Source: Piedraia hortae CBS 480.64 (Eukaryota). From it: a stretch of 64,000 bases of DNA. The notes under the pieces were generated by a model that worked only from the letters and a program-made list of their open reading frames with translations, ran no database searches and was not told the origin of the DNA. Location of the stretch: positions 1-64,000 of the forward strand of contig MU006011.1 of the NCBI GenBank assembly GCA_010093745.1, written 5' to 3'. The translations under genes were made by a program, and so were the position numbers. Position 1 is the stretch's first letter. Every line of letters starts with the position of its first letter. Shown here piece after piece: positions 1-12,941 of this stretch.

Positions 1-81
1 CGGAAAACTAGTTGACGCGTGAAGTCGAGAGCCGAGCGCCGGTTACTAATAATGCGCGTAATATACCGCATATTCACAACA
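1..81. repeat. LTR-like repeat fragment (family D), cut by the window edge
   Basis: CGGAAAACTAGTTGAC...AATGCGCGTAATATAC..CA..TTC.CAACA matches 20143-20219 and ends in an LTR-type CA. Confidence 0.6.
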
Positions 82-600
82 AAGAGTGCAAGCCTTCTCT
101 AGACCTCAATACGGATTCCATAGTGAGGTATTACACAACTGTTGACTGCGTCACCATTCACCAATATTGAAGTGATGTTAGTAGATTCCTCTCTTCTTCC
201 GATAGCTTCCGCTTGGTCCTTCTTCTGAGGCTGAATGACGCTTCAAACGATTGGGAATGTGGTGCAACACTTCCACGCAGTTGCGCAGATTGTCGCGCTG
301 CGGGTGACCCCAACCCAACCTTTTTTTTCCAGTGCGCAAAACTAAAACAATACGAACGTCCACTACGAGCCTCGTTCGAGCGGGTTGGTAGAGAGTTTAT
401 CGGTCTCGCGGGCGGTAGAGGATGGGAAATCTCCAAAGCGTTAGCCAGCAGCGTTCGCTGCGAAGAAAAAAGTAAGAGGCCTAGCCTGAAGCTTGTCAGC
501 GTTAGAACAGTCTCCTTCTCTGTGTTTGAACGGCAGAAAACGTACAGGTGTTAGCTCGAGAGGCGAGAAATAGCCGTCGAGCTAAAGTCCATATCGATCA

Positions 601-975
601 TTTTGCATTTAAGCATTACCACTAGCGCGTATGCGGGGCACTTGCATAGCAAGTCAGCGATACCTCCCCAGCTGCAACTTAGGTTTTTCCCTCCCAGAGG
701 TTTCCCTAAGGGTCATGTCGCACGTGACATGGTGAATGCGCCCTGCTACTGTTTGAAGTGAGTCATGGAGTAAGACTGCATGCTGACGGTCTTACTGCCT
801 GTATGAACACTTGCTCACGGTCATACGATTGATGACTCTTCATACGAGGCTACGCACGGGCCTTCCAGCCCAGAGTATATTCTCTGATGTCCCTTCGTAA
901 ATACACTCGTATTCACTCATAAACACATCTCTACTCTCCATCCATCGTTCTCACTCGCACATACCGTCTGTTTCA
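601..975 (+). mobile_element. Solo LTR, hybrid of family A2 (5' part) and A1 (3' part)
   Basis: 5' part matches the start of the 51504 LTR; 3' part matches the end of the 10051 LTR; ends TTTCA; no TSD seen. Confidence 0.8.
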
Positions 976-3900
976 AATTTGCCCAGCTTACGACCGCCTG
1001 CGACGAAGAGGTGGTCTCCATGGTGAGCTTGCTCCGAATTGCAGGCCGCACCAGACAGACACTCACAACATCTGCTGGAGAAGTTGTTCCACCCTTGCCA
1101 TAGGAGCAGAATTTCCCGGGCGACAGCTAGTAGTCGGTGCCGGCGTGCAGTTCTGTCGCCGTGTGGTTAACCTGTTTTGCCCTAGGTTCTGTGGCTTGGA
1201 AAAAAATGAAGCGAGGGTTTGTGTCACGAACAGAGGATCATTTCGCCACTTGCAGCTCATCGAATGCCAAATCGAACCCAGGTCGGAGGGACGGTGAAGA
1301 AGCCTTTTTGGATCAGTTAGTCTTGGGCGGCGAATTGCCTACAGACAAGTGATAGGGGATGGATTGATGAGCTGGAAAAAGGTCGATGTGACGCGGAACT
1401 TGTCGAAAGGAATGCAAGATCTACGCCGACCAACGTTTCGATCATGCCATGGTGGGCATGGCTTCCAAACACCTCAGGCGGATAATTCGAGATAAACCCG
1501 GCGCGGCTGCTGCGATTTTCGGTCCTAATGACGTCGGGTTTCTTGGCTTTTGAAGCGATTTCTCTTGATAGGAGGAGTTCAACTGCCGGTTTATTGTTCG
1601 GAACGACATTGAGATTGTTGAGATCGTGGAGATGGCTGCATTTATTTTCCTATATCCACTGGCACACTGTTAAAGTAGTGGAGGGAATGCGAGGAACTCC
1701 TTTCCTATTGGATCGATGCTAGTTAAAATGGAACGATACCTGCCTAGGCACAGTAATTCTATCAGAAGGAGCAGAGGGACCGAGAATGGATCCTTCCTTG
1801 CGTTTAGTCTAACATTACGTATTATCTCAACTCCTTAATCCCAAAATCTTCACTTCATGTCTACGCAAGCGTGAGCCTTGCCGTCCACTCTCAAAGCAAT
1901 TCACCACCCGAAATGCCTCAGGCCACCCTCAGACAATGACCCCGGCGGCAAGTCTCACCCTTATTGGAAATCAAGTGCGGATGTTTCCGCCGTGGGGATC
2001 GTGTCCACATCGTGCTCAAAACCTTTTTTCCCTAACAAACTCATTCCACCGCACACAAACACATCGACCTTTTTCTTTCTCTTTGACATGTTGTTTGCGT
2101 GGTTTCTTTTTCATTGAGATTCATACTGTAACTATGGTTTGCTGTCTCGCTTGTGGCATGTTTTGTGCTGCGCAATGCTGTGCGGTCTGTTATATTTCCA
2201 GTACAAGCCAGTGCGAGGAGAGTATGTCGCACGCTGCCGGGGGTTGTGTGGTGGTAGACAACGGAAGGGGGTGAACGGCAAGACAGAAGATGATTTGATC
2301 AAGTTGGGCCATTGGATGTGGTGCATGATAAGAGATTGTGGTGGTGTCAAGGGACACCGCGTGTGCGTGAGAAGTGGAATACTCATTCAATTCCCGCCTC
2401 GGACAATGTCTGGGTCTTAATCTACTTCTGACGCGGCCAAAGATCTTTCCGGTGTCCTTCCACGCCCAGTATGGGAAGCGTACAAGCATCTGCCTAACGG
2501 CGCTACATTTGATGTTGCGCTGAAATGAGCATTCATATATATACGAAGATAGAAGTGCAGTCCCCTTAGCGAGATGCAAACGAGGACACCGAGTATCAAG
2601 GAGACAGCAGGGCTTTGGTCTCCGCACAGGAAGAAGACATCTGGAAGGAAAGTATTGTGCATATCCTGCTACTGGAAAAAGCTTTCCAACTTCAAAGCCA
2701 TCATTTCTTGGACATGGGGGTGTCCAGCCAAAAAAAATTCGTGGTCATAATCCGATGCAAGGACTAATCAACACAACCGCAGTCTTTTGCAATGGTTGTG
2801 GCTTTTCGAAGTGAATTCACGCACAATAGTGTTTGACTACCTCTATCATGACCTTCCGACGTTCTGCAGGGGATCGACGAAGGTGCAGTGTGAAACTGAG
2901 GTATTGTCTAATGTATCTCTACCCTCTGCGGTCGAGCGGCGAGGAGCCGCTCTTGATCCTTAGTTTTACATCACCTCTTCCAAGACACACATGGTTCAAC
3001 CACTGTGATTTGAGGAAAAGAACCCTCGTTCCGAATAGCGTAGTAGAGCGGCTGCTTCGCTACCAATATATTGTCGTGTCATGACAAGTACACGACATAA
3101 TCTTCCAGGATTGACCACCTAAATCCATCCTCATGGCACTATGAGCCCGAATATAACGAATTCATCATCTTCGCCATCGAAGGTGTTGCTCTGAAGACCG
3201 AATGTGGTTATCACATCCTTATAACGTGATGAATGCACGGCCAACAGGTGTCTCATCCCAACAGTAGCGTACGGACAGCACCAAGCAAGAATGTTCTTCG
3301 GTTGCGCTTCTGTGATGGAGAGGAGAATTCTGTGAGTTCCAAAAAACGAATTGGGATTGAACGATGGCGATCACACAAGCCCCTTCATTGCTAGTGCGTT
3401 TTACTTCAGCGCGAACATGAAGTTGCTTCAACTGGGCGGAGGTTCTTTTATAACTGGCAATGGGACCGGAAGATGGAGATACGATGCCTTTGGCGTTCAG
3501 GTGGCCAATCTGGTTTTTTTTTTCAGGCATTGTCATCCAACGGAGTGCACAAGATTGTGGTGAGCAACTTTACGCTCCTAGCAGAGTCTGGCTCTTGAGT
3601 TCCCGTGCGGTTGAATTAGTGAATATAGGAATGGGAAATGACATGAAAGACAATGTTGTTGCTGCTCTCTTTTTCTAAGACTCTAGAGGAGATGAGGTTA
3701 CTAGCCAGCCTAGCCCTACCGGGACTGGCTCCCGACAAACATCAACATGAATATTTGATTAGCAGGCTACTCCGCGTGAGAGAAGAAGAATAGTGGCTTA
3801 CACTGAGGGTGTCAACACGGGAACGATATCTTTTCCATATTTGCTCGGCGCAGGACACACCGGAGGTGCTGGAGTGGGGAGCAAGCAGCCGACAGCCGAG

Positions 3901-4374
3901 AGCCAACGAGCTTCAGCTCTGATTGAACCACATGCGTCTGGCTAAGCAAGGCACTGGCCCACAACTAATCATCTCAGCAAGACATGTCGAGTCGCAACCT
4001 CATCGGCGGTCTTGTGTGGGTGACGTAAGTCCTTCGGACAAAGAGAAAATTTAGCGGATCATACCCCACCATACACGACATAAATCGGTCCATGATCATA
4101 ACAAAATGCGCTGAACTTTTACGATTTCCTGCATTGCGGTCTACTTGCTACGCCCAGCCGCAGCTCGAAGGCTAAAAACATGCCAAACACGCATACCATC
4201 GGGCGCAACAAACGGAATTCCAGGCTTTGACACCAAGCAAAGCACGACAGTGGCTCTAGTGGACTCATGGAACTTCTATTTAGCCCCTTTGCCGTCACAT
4301 CTGCACAGGGTCTATCACTTTTACCACGACTGAGGCCTGTTTGCAGCTCTATGGTGCAAACGAAGATTTAGAGG

Positions 4375-4678
4375 TGTCGGAGGGATGAACCTCCGAGGAC
4401 TAAAGGGGAGCGGATATCGACGACAAAAGTTTTTACTCAACTTTGACTGAAAAAGTGAAATGTAGATGTTTATCTCTCTGAGGTGAGGTTCGAAACCTTC
4501 CCCACACTACCTCAGTCTAACCGCATTCACCAGGACAACGTCAGCGAACCATGCCCTTAAGCATGAACGAGACAATGACCCATCCCAGGGGAAACCTCCT
4601 CTATAGAGGTAAAAACCCTGAGAAGTTTCGACTTCTATCTATAGTTCTGGTCATGGTAAGTGCCACATCCTTCTGACA
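4375..4678. mobile_element. Solo LTR (family C)
   Basis: Termini TGTCGGAGGG...CCTTCTGACA; 5-bp TSD AGAGG (4370-4374 and 4679-4683); partial reverse-complement copies near 31940-32337 and 60390-60545. Confidence 0.85.
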
Positions 4679-6604
4679 AGAGGGAAACATCTGTACACGC
4701 CCTTGACTGACGAGAAAGAGTAATTTGCTCCCGTCAATGTATTCAGACTTTGCATGATTCAACAAATGCACATCCAAATCATAATTTGAAAAGTATTGAT
4801 GGCCTTATTTACAAGATGAACAAGCTTCTGCTCAATGGGTTTGGTGGGTGTGTGTTTATGAGCTTCGCAATATCGTTCTAGGGCCCGTTCTGCGAGGATT
4901 GTGTGTGGCTGGGCCTATCGAATAAATTCCACCCTCTGGTCGAAGCTTTACAGTAGATCTGGACACCATTCTCCAGGCCAATGACGACAACCACGGTCCT
5001 TCAGAATCACCAAGAGTTGTAAAGAGACCGGTCCGATTCTATTAACTGCCCGTCTGCCCCCCATCTGCGGTTGTTTAGCCCCAGCGACCAGCATAAACCC
5101 AGTGGTTATGGGCCAAATGAACCGCTGCATGCAGATGTACTACATACCAACCGCAAATTCCTATGGCGTCTGGGTTCGCATTTCCCATGAATGTAGATCA
5201 CATTCTACACATGTCTCTGGATGATTGGGTCCTTTGACAGAGGAAAGTCATTGTGTTCGCCTGACACTTTCATCTCAAAATGGTTAATTGGGACAATAGG
5301 AACAGCAAGACGCCGGTTTTGGTAAGTTTCTCCTTGTCGATGTTCTGCACGACTTCGACTGCATTTCCCTTGCAAGAGGCCATTGGGAGGACGTGGGTTT
5401 GTAAGTTGCCTCTCAATGAGCTTATGAAAGCTGGACCCGAACACTTTTGGGTCTTTATGCATTCGGCCAATAACGAGGAACTGAAACTATAGCCCTCGGC
5501 GAATCTGAACGCTCGTTTCAAGGAGAACTCGTCTGAATACAGCATCTGCTAAATGAATCGGACGCAGATCTAATATTAAAGCGGCGTTCTCGTCCTCATA
5601 AATTGAAGGAGACAGTTATCTGCAAAGGGAAATTGTGATTTTGAGAGGAGAATTGGGAATGGCTGGTAGAAAGCTATTTTGCTATGCCCAATCAGATAGC
5701 TATGGTCTCAAATTTTAAATGCACCAGTGTCCATTGTAACATAAAATTCTCTCAAATGCCTTCGATTCTAAGAAACAGCACCCTCCAGAATACCACCAGG
5801 GCTACGCTCAGAGTACAACAACCAGCATGGAGAAGACTGGTTTACGCCATATTACTCAAGTCTTCTCGGACGACAAAAGCACCGCCATCATGGATAAAAG
5901 ACGGAAAACGTTACAGTGCACATCCTCTCCCTCTTTGCCCTCCTGTATTACCTTTTTGTGGCTCCATAAACAAACAGCTCCGATGGTTCCTTTCCTCCAG
6001 TTCGCTTAACGCCCTGAGCCAACGACAAGGTCCAAAATGCCTGAGGCCACTATAACACTATCCCTGGAGCTGGAATATTCTATTAGATCTCGGCAGCGGG
6101 AGGCCCCGGTGCGGCCTTTTTGCCATGGCTGCAGAATTCCGCACTTTTTTGTCAGCAAACTTCACACCGCTGCACACAAACACATGTGACAATTCCTTTT
6201 GTTAGTTTGGCTCGTTTCTCCTTTTGGGATCTATTGTTAAGGGTCTTTTGCTGCCGCTAATTTGGCAATGCTCTGCATTTTACCGCAGTCGTTTCGCGTT
6301 CCGCGTTTGTCTTACTTTGCAGCGCATGGAGGTGGTCTCCGCGAGGGAGTACGAACATAATTTGATCGTTCAGCGTTGGTGGAAAGAAGAACCGGTACGA
6401 CGGGAAGGGATGAGGGGACGTTTACCAAGGGTTATGGTTGACTTCGGTGCATGACGGGAGGGTGTACCATTACTGTTGAATGTGGCGTGAGCGCTGGCAA
6501 GATGAGTCAGTGCTCTTCACGATGTAATCTTTGCCCGACGCGGAGCAGGTTTCGGTTTTGCTTTCTTGCCCTCATCGCGCTACACCTACCGTTGCTGGGA
6601 AGGG

Positions 6605-6980
6605 TGACGAAGACAGATAGTATGTATGAGTGAGAACGATGGATGGAAAGTAGAGATGTGTTTTATGAGTGAATACAAGTATATCTTCGAGGGAACATCA
6701 GAGAATATATTCTGGGCTGGAAGGCCCGTGTGTAGCCTCGTATGAAGAGTCATCAATTGTATGACCATAAGCAAGTGGTCATACATGCAGTAAGACTGTC
6801 AGCATGCAGTCTTACTCCATGACTCACCTCATAACAGTAGCAGGGCGCATTCACCATGTCGCATGCGACATGACCCTGAGGGAAACCTCTGTGAGGACAA
6901 AACCTAGGGTGCAGCTGCTGGTGTAAGAGGTGTCGCGCAGTGGCATCGTACACTGATAGCAACGAGACTTCATGCCAACA
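6605..6980 (-). mobile_element. Solo LTR (family A1)
   Basis: TG...CA termini; TSD AAGGG (6600-6604 and 6981-6985); near-identical reverse complement of 10051-10424. Confidence 0.92.
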
Positions 6981-9900
6981 AAGGGTTGACAGAACTTTTT
7001 AAACATGCAAGGACGAGTGTGGTCATGGCAATGTTCAAAACCTACGGTGGAGGTGGGATGGTTTTGGTTTCCCAAGGAGGTGTAACCATTGCAATGGCAC
7101 GATGGTTGGAGTTGGGCTGTCGGTAAGAGATCATCGGGTCCAAAGCCAATCATTAACTGGAACTTAATTGGCTTGGAGGCGACCCGGGCTCCAAAGTCTT
7201 TTGCGCGCTGATGTCAAGCTTTAAACACTGAAACTTCATGGCCTGGTGCAGGGACTGGTCAATGCAACCGCATGCTGTTACAACAGTCTAATTTCTGTTG
7301 TACGAAGAACGAAGGCCTTCATCCAAAGGGCGAAATGTACTCAGTTTACGCGGATGCAATGTTTCAACACTAGGCTGCTGTCGTATCACGACAGATTAAG
7401 ATTGTTCTACGGTCTGATCGATCTCAATTGAACATTGATTTCCCTTCATATGGCTCTTTGATGGTCAGCTATCCGCCCACATCCTCGATTATGCCGCTCC
7501 GGTGGCCAGGTGCAATCACCATTTTCATTTTGTGAAACGATGTCGGCACATCTAAAGAACAGTTTACGATTTGCAGACCCGACACCGATTCTCCAGCCAG
7601 GGGGCTCAATCGCCGATGGGCTTGGTGATGGAAGAGCACAGCTAGGGGTGGTTAAAAAGTGAATCTACTCCCTTACTAGGGTTGCCATCCACCGGAGTTC
7701 ACAAACAAAGCTGCTGCACGTTTTGATCGCAACTAGATTCGGGAAACGTCGATTCAAACCTTGACACTTTTCGCGCCGAAGGACATTGCTAGTTCTTACA
7801 GCTATGGCCTCCCACATTATCAAGAAATACCGACCAAAACCTTCCCCCATCAGGACAATCCAAATTTGAAGAGGACGCAAATTTGCAGATTTTGCAGCCC
7901 ATCGATCCACAGTATTTGAGGGCGCAAAACATTGTTCACGAGCACGTGAAGAGTATCATGAGCTGGATTTCAACCCTATCCATGCCAGCACCAACACACT
8001 TGTCTAAAGCATCATGGGCCTGATAGCCCATGCGGTCTGGGAAGGCCCAGAAATTTCTCTTGATAGGGTCCCCAGGTCAATTCTGGAGGTACCAACTACT
8101 CGCGCAAGGTTTTACATTCGGCAGAGCGTAAGGATGTGGAAATGCTTTACATTTCGTGAACATGATGCAGATGTGGCCGATGGTTTCCTTTTCCCGGTAC
8201 AAGGCTCCCCCGTCCGCCCTTGACTTTTCCGCGGTAATATCAAATCCAGGCGGTAATGTATTCGACGGGACTATGCTCGTATTCCCGCGATACGGTCTTC
8301 CCGTTGAGAACACCGTACGATGCGTTTCAAGCCCCGTCCTGCCTTTCCACGAGTTTGCGGAAACGATCATCGGCTGCCTTGCCAATCCAGAGATCAACGA
8401 CCTTGGCCAATCCAACGGTGGCTCGTAGACCTTCGGGAGAAAGTAATTTTTTGGTTCGACAAGGACCAAAGACCCAGCCATGGTAGTATATTCACCCACC
8501 ACGCTGGAAAGAACGATTTACCCTGGCATCACAATACCGTGCGCACAGCCTCACCCCGATTTCCTTGCACGGTGCGTGGCATTTCCAATCTTTGTGCCAT
8601 CGCGAACGCGGTTCCTTAGGCTTCCACAGGAAGCCTAGGTCAGACCAGCCAGCAGCTGGTGGGCAGTCCTAACAATCTCAGAGGATGGTTTCCTGTTTTG
8701 CGTGCAATGGTCCGTCTACTCTGGTTTCTCCGAGGTGGTATCACATGCAAACAATTCCGTATCCCACCAGGGTATATACGTGTTCCCGCCCACAAGGTCC
8801 TTCATAAAACCAATAAATATTCTCTCTCACTCTACGATGTCAAGGGAGTTTATCAACGAGATCATCACCCGCTTCACCAACCCAATGCGAGAGCCTACGG
8901 TACATCAAACGCCTGGTGAACCGACTTTTAAACCCAACCCGCCAGCGTCTCATCATCAGACGGCTCAGAGTACGATCAAGTGTGGTCTCGCTTTGCACTT
9001 CAAACTCAGTAACGACATGAAGGGAAATAAGAGCAAAAGTCTTCGTCGCTGCAGCAGTGTATAATTATTTACTCAAGGTGCTGCGGCTGCGGGTTCAGAA
9101 CAAAACCCTACGAATCTTCATCAGCTCGTCAATTAGCAAGCCTACAAGGATTGGCGTCGATGAGGATGATCCGAGAATTGAAGTGGAGACTCTTGGGACT
9201 TTGGACACACAAGAGAACGCAGCAGAGGAAAGAAGCTATCGGTGGCTCGAGCGAGGTGTTTAAATCAACGCGAAGGAGCTGCTTCAGCAAGGCCATTGAA
9301 CATTTGTGTTGAAGGGTGAAGGGACGAAGACATGGATTAGGATTTTTTTGACAGGGTATAATTCCCTTTGCGTAAAGACCACATTCTGAGTAGGCCATAT
9401 TTTCAATCACAAGTTATACAACCGCATCTTTTGTCCCTTATGGGATTTTTCCTCGAGATCGTTCGACTATTCAGACTATATGATATAAATCCCGATGGAA
9501 TGGTCGGACTGCATCTATCAAGACCTTCGGATGTTCGAAAGGTGAATTGCCAGAGTGTTATCTCGAATGCTGAGGTGATCTTTACGCCAAACTTTATTAC
9601 TACGAACATCTTTAACTTTTCCTCTCGCATGTGCACTTCTGGGGTTATGACTTGGCTATGTTTACGTACAATTTACGCTCCATCGCGTACTGGTTTGGCC
9701 CAAGTTTAGCATTGGAAGAATCCAAACTTTACCCATTGTCCAGTTCCCCTCAGCCTTGAGCATCAACCAATCTCTTCACCTAAGAGTCGTAATGACAGTC
9801 GAATCGGCTACATACACATCTCAAATCTCCGAGGGCATTTTGTCTATAAAAATGATGGTTTTCCCGCGATGGAACCTCGTTCAGTGCAACCTATCTTCAC

Positions 9901-10050
9901 GACTGTCGAGTTTTCTTCAGTGGACATACCCCTGGCCAGACCTCATTCGCCGAAGTCATGCACTAGCTTGATGTCAACGCAGGGGAGAGCCCTTCTTGAA
10001 CTAGAAACCCCTTCGATTCACATGGGATCTTCTTTGGTCCTGCAGTCTGC

Positions 10051-10424
10051 TGTTGGCATGAAGTCTCGTTGCTATCAGTGTATGCTGCCACTGCGCGACA
10101 CCTCTTACACCAGCAGCTGCACCCTAGGTTTTGTCCTCACAGAGGTTTCCCTCAGGGTCATGTCGCATGCGACATGGTGAATGCGCCCTGCTACTGTTTG
10201 AGGTGAGTCATGGAGTAAGACTGCATGCTGACAGTCTTACTGCATGTATAACCACTTGCTTAGGGTCACACAATTGATGACTCTTCATACGAGGCTACGC
10301 ACGGGCCTTCCAGCCCAGAATATATTCTGTGATGTTCCCTCGAAGACATACTTGTATTCACTCATAAAACACATCTCTACTTTCCATCCATCGTTCTCAC
10401 TCGTACATACTATCTGTCTTTTCA
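10051..10424 (+). mobile_element. Solo LTR (family A1)
   Basis: TGTTGG...TTCA termini; TSD TCTGC (10046-10050 and 10425-10429). Confidence 0.92.
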
Positions 10425-11807
10425 TCTGCGAGGCCTCGGTCGCCTGCTATAGCTCACTGGGTCTACTCATTTGAAGCTGTCGAGCGGCATAACGCACTCG
10501 AGGGATAAGGGAATGTTTGAACTCTCCATCGATGACCTTCCGGGTGTGAGGACTCCATCTAATCGAGGGCCAGCCTTTGTCGAAGATCAGACTGCAAACC
10601 GCAGAAAAGCAAAACAATCTGGAAGCCACAAATCGCCTGGCCTGCCTGTGTGCTAGGTCCACCGCGTCACCGAAGCAGCTCATCATGCTCTTCGCCTGTG
10701 TCTTGCACATCTCAAATGAACTCCGGAGAGGCACGACGGGATCTACAACGTCTCCGTCCAGATTTTGAGAACAGGGGGACTTCACAGAGGTCCATGCTGA
10801 TTTTTTTTGGTTTATATGTCCTTTCGCTTGGCTTTGTAAACAGGTCGCTGAGCTGGCAGGCGAGAGCAGGCGAGTCTGTCCCATCCGAGGCATTGAGCTT
10901 GCCACAGGCTTGGGGCCGATGTCATGGCCCTTAAGAAAACGAGAAGGGGCGGTCGCACCCACATGATCTGGCACCTTTGAAGAAGCTAGCAGCGATATTC
11001 CCGTTGATAAAAATAGGACTTGACGGCAGCACCATGGTGAAAGGCATCGAATCATAGTCCTTGTCGCTGCCCTAACACGATGATGCGTATGTGCGTAGTC
11101 CGGCTTACACACAGATTATCCGCCCATGACATTCCGTTCCGATCAAAATATTCAGAATCTTTCACCATTCCGGCCGATTGTCTTCGACTACCCTCCTTGG
11201 CAGCTTCCTCTTGTTCTCTGCACTAGTTGTGGGGGCTACAGAACCCAGAAATGCATTTCTCCCATCACACAATGATCTGAAGAGCTTTGCGCTCTCAGTG
11301 GTAGTAGTGGGGACACGAGTGACTAGAACGCTACGTGTGGCATTCAGTCGAGTGACGTCCCAAGTAGACCAGGTCTGTGCAGGTCGAGACGTACAAACAT
11401 CATTCTTGGCCTTGGTTGCAAACACTCTCGTGGCTGTAGACGATACAATAAACTGCACCCCAGTCTGAAGATTAATATGTGTAGAGCCTGACGTCACTCA
11501 TGATTGAGGTTCGCTGATCTCAACGTACAGAGGTATTGGCGGTGGAGAACCGCTCGACCATTAACAAGAATTTACTGTGCCGAGATGAAAAAGCTCCTAC
11601 AAGTATGTAAAAATGAAGGTTTTTTTTTGAGCTGGGAAGATTGGCCTAAAGACTGTGCTGGCCAGTCACATTCCTGTCGTCCAATTCACAAATTGACTCA
11701 ACGCAAAGCTACCCTGCACAGTGAAACAACAAAGCACTGAATATCGATAAACTAGGACTCAATATGAATGCCTGTACAACCACCCAGAAGCCACGCTTGA
11801 CTCAGGT

Positions 11808-12941
11808 TCAAATAATCCATCCCTTCACAGAATCAGGCCCATACCAGCACGCCGTCAGATGCGGACAAAGCTCATTGATGTAGTCCAGAGTTTTTGAAGT
11901 CAAGCGGTTGTCGCATTCCATATAAAAATACTTCAGCGAACGGAGGTTGTAAAAGAGCAAGCCAAAGTCCTCGTCCTTTAATGAATGAGCGCGTGGGAGA
12001 GGTACTCTACGATTGCGGACAACAACTTCCAAATGACGAAGTTTGTGCATGGTTTGGAGGTGCTTAAAATCGTCTTTTGTGAATGTCGGTATTCCGTTGG
12101 ACAGGGAAGTTTGAATACATAGGACAAGATGCTCTAGGTTGTGCAACGCGCTCACGGACTTGAAGACTTCTTCCAACGGCCCCTCAAGGTTGACCCGGAG
12201 GGAGCGTAGGTCTTGGGCAATCTTGGAAAAGATTGAAACAGTCGCCGCACTGGCTACCATCTCAAGCTCTCGCAACTGCGAAAAGTATGTGGCATAGCTT
12301 TGAGACGCTCTCTGAACCGCATTCTCTGTCACAGGAATAGGACCTTTTAGCGAGAAAAAGCTGGGTCGCTGAGAGAAATGCCCGACGAGGCTGTCCGCGA
12401 TGGTAGTGCTCATCCCCACGGGATTAGATATCTCGACGGATTGGAGGTTGTCAATCTTCATGAAGAATTCCTGGACCATTTTCCAATCATCGGGTTGGCC
12501 GTGCAAGACAACGTGTCTAAGTCTTGGCATTCGGGCAGGCATGAGATCCAGCAAATTTTCCATCGCTTGAATTGGTTGAACGCCACGAATCTCCGATGGC
12601 TGTGCCCTCTCGTTGTTGATTTGTTGCAGTGTAATCTGGAGTGAGTTAAGGCGCGGGAATGATAGACCTCCAGTTCTCACGAGCATCTGTTTGTCAGCCG
12701 GACAACTTAAATCAAAGATTTTTACGGCATAGTGCTGCCTCCGTTCAAGGGGTATGCCATCGAGTAACTCGCTGTTCACGGTATGCCATGTGATTGCTGT
12801 GCCGGCGTCTTCCCAGTCTTTGCAAACTCGAATTGCGTTGTACAGTGCATCGGGGTGGCATGCTAGTCTTCCAAAGACATCCAGCAAAATCTCCGTGGGG
12901 AAGGTATCTGTCATGTCTAATGGTCCGTCAGGAAATTTCAT
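11808..12941 (-). CDS. F-box protein with LRR/RNI-like C-terminus
   Basis: Intact ORF; F-box-like FPTEILLDVFGRL...AIRVCKDW followed by LxxLxL repeats (LRHVVL, LRELEM, LRSLRV, LEHLVL, LRHLEV); first ATG 12941, alternative 12914. Confidence 0.75.
   Translation of the reverse strand: MKFPDGPLDMTDTFPTEILLDVFGRLACHPDALYNAIRVCKDWEDAGTAITWHTVNSELLDGIPLERRQHYAVKIFDLSCPADKQMLVRTGGLSFPRLNSLQITLQQINNERAQPSEIRGVQPIQAMENLLDLMPARMPRLRHVVLHGQPDDWKMVQEFFMKIDNLQSVEISNPVGMSTTIADSLVGHFSQRPSFFSLKGPIPVTENAVQRASQSYATYFSQLRELEMVASAATVSIFSKIAQDLRSLRVNLEGPLEEVFKSVSALHNLEHLVLCIQTSLSNGIPTFTKDDFKHLQTMHKLRHLEVVVRNRRVPLPRAHSLKDEDFGLLFYNLRSLKYFYMECDNRLTSKTLDYINELCPHLTACWYGPDSVKGWII

Larger units (their letters stand above)
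2450..11150 (-). pseudogene. Heavily decayed DUF3638/DUF3645-type giant fungal protein gene, interrupted by LTRs; limits approximate
   Basis: Collinear minus-strand motif remnants: LVLVEPKNYF (~8460), ISSLRGNLQTHVLPM...GVLL (~5430-5300), HLNAK and LHVRAEV...SNE (~3500-3380), AMRMDLGGQS (3108-3138; compare the family's ACMRMRxLGxGQS); many stops and frameshifts. Confidence 0.55.

Noticed and set aside
3682..3978. Additional ~297-bp insertion with a possible AAGAC duplication
   Set aside because: Termini are not TG...CA and there is no second copy in the window; left unannotated
6605..10424. Inverted 375-bp repeats as TIRs of one 3.8-kb element
   Set aside because: Each copy has its own distinct TSD, so they are independent solo LTRs; the enclosed DNA belongs to the surrounding pseudogene
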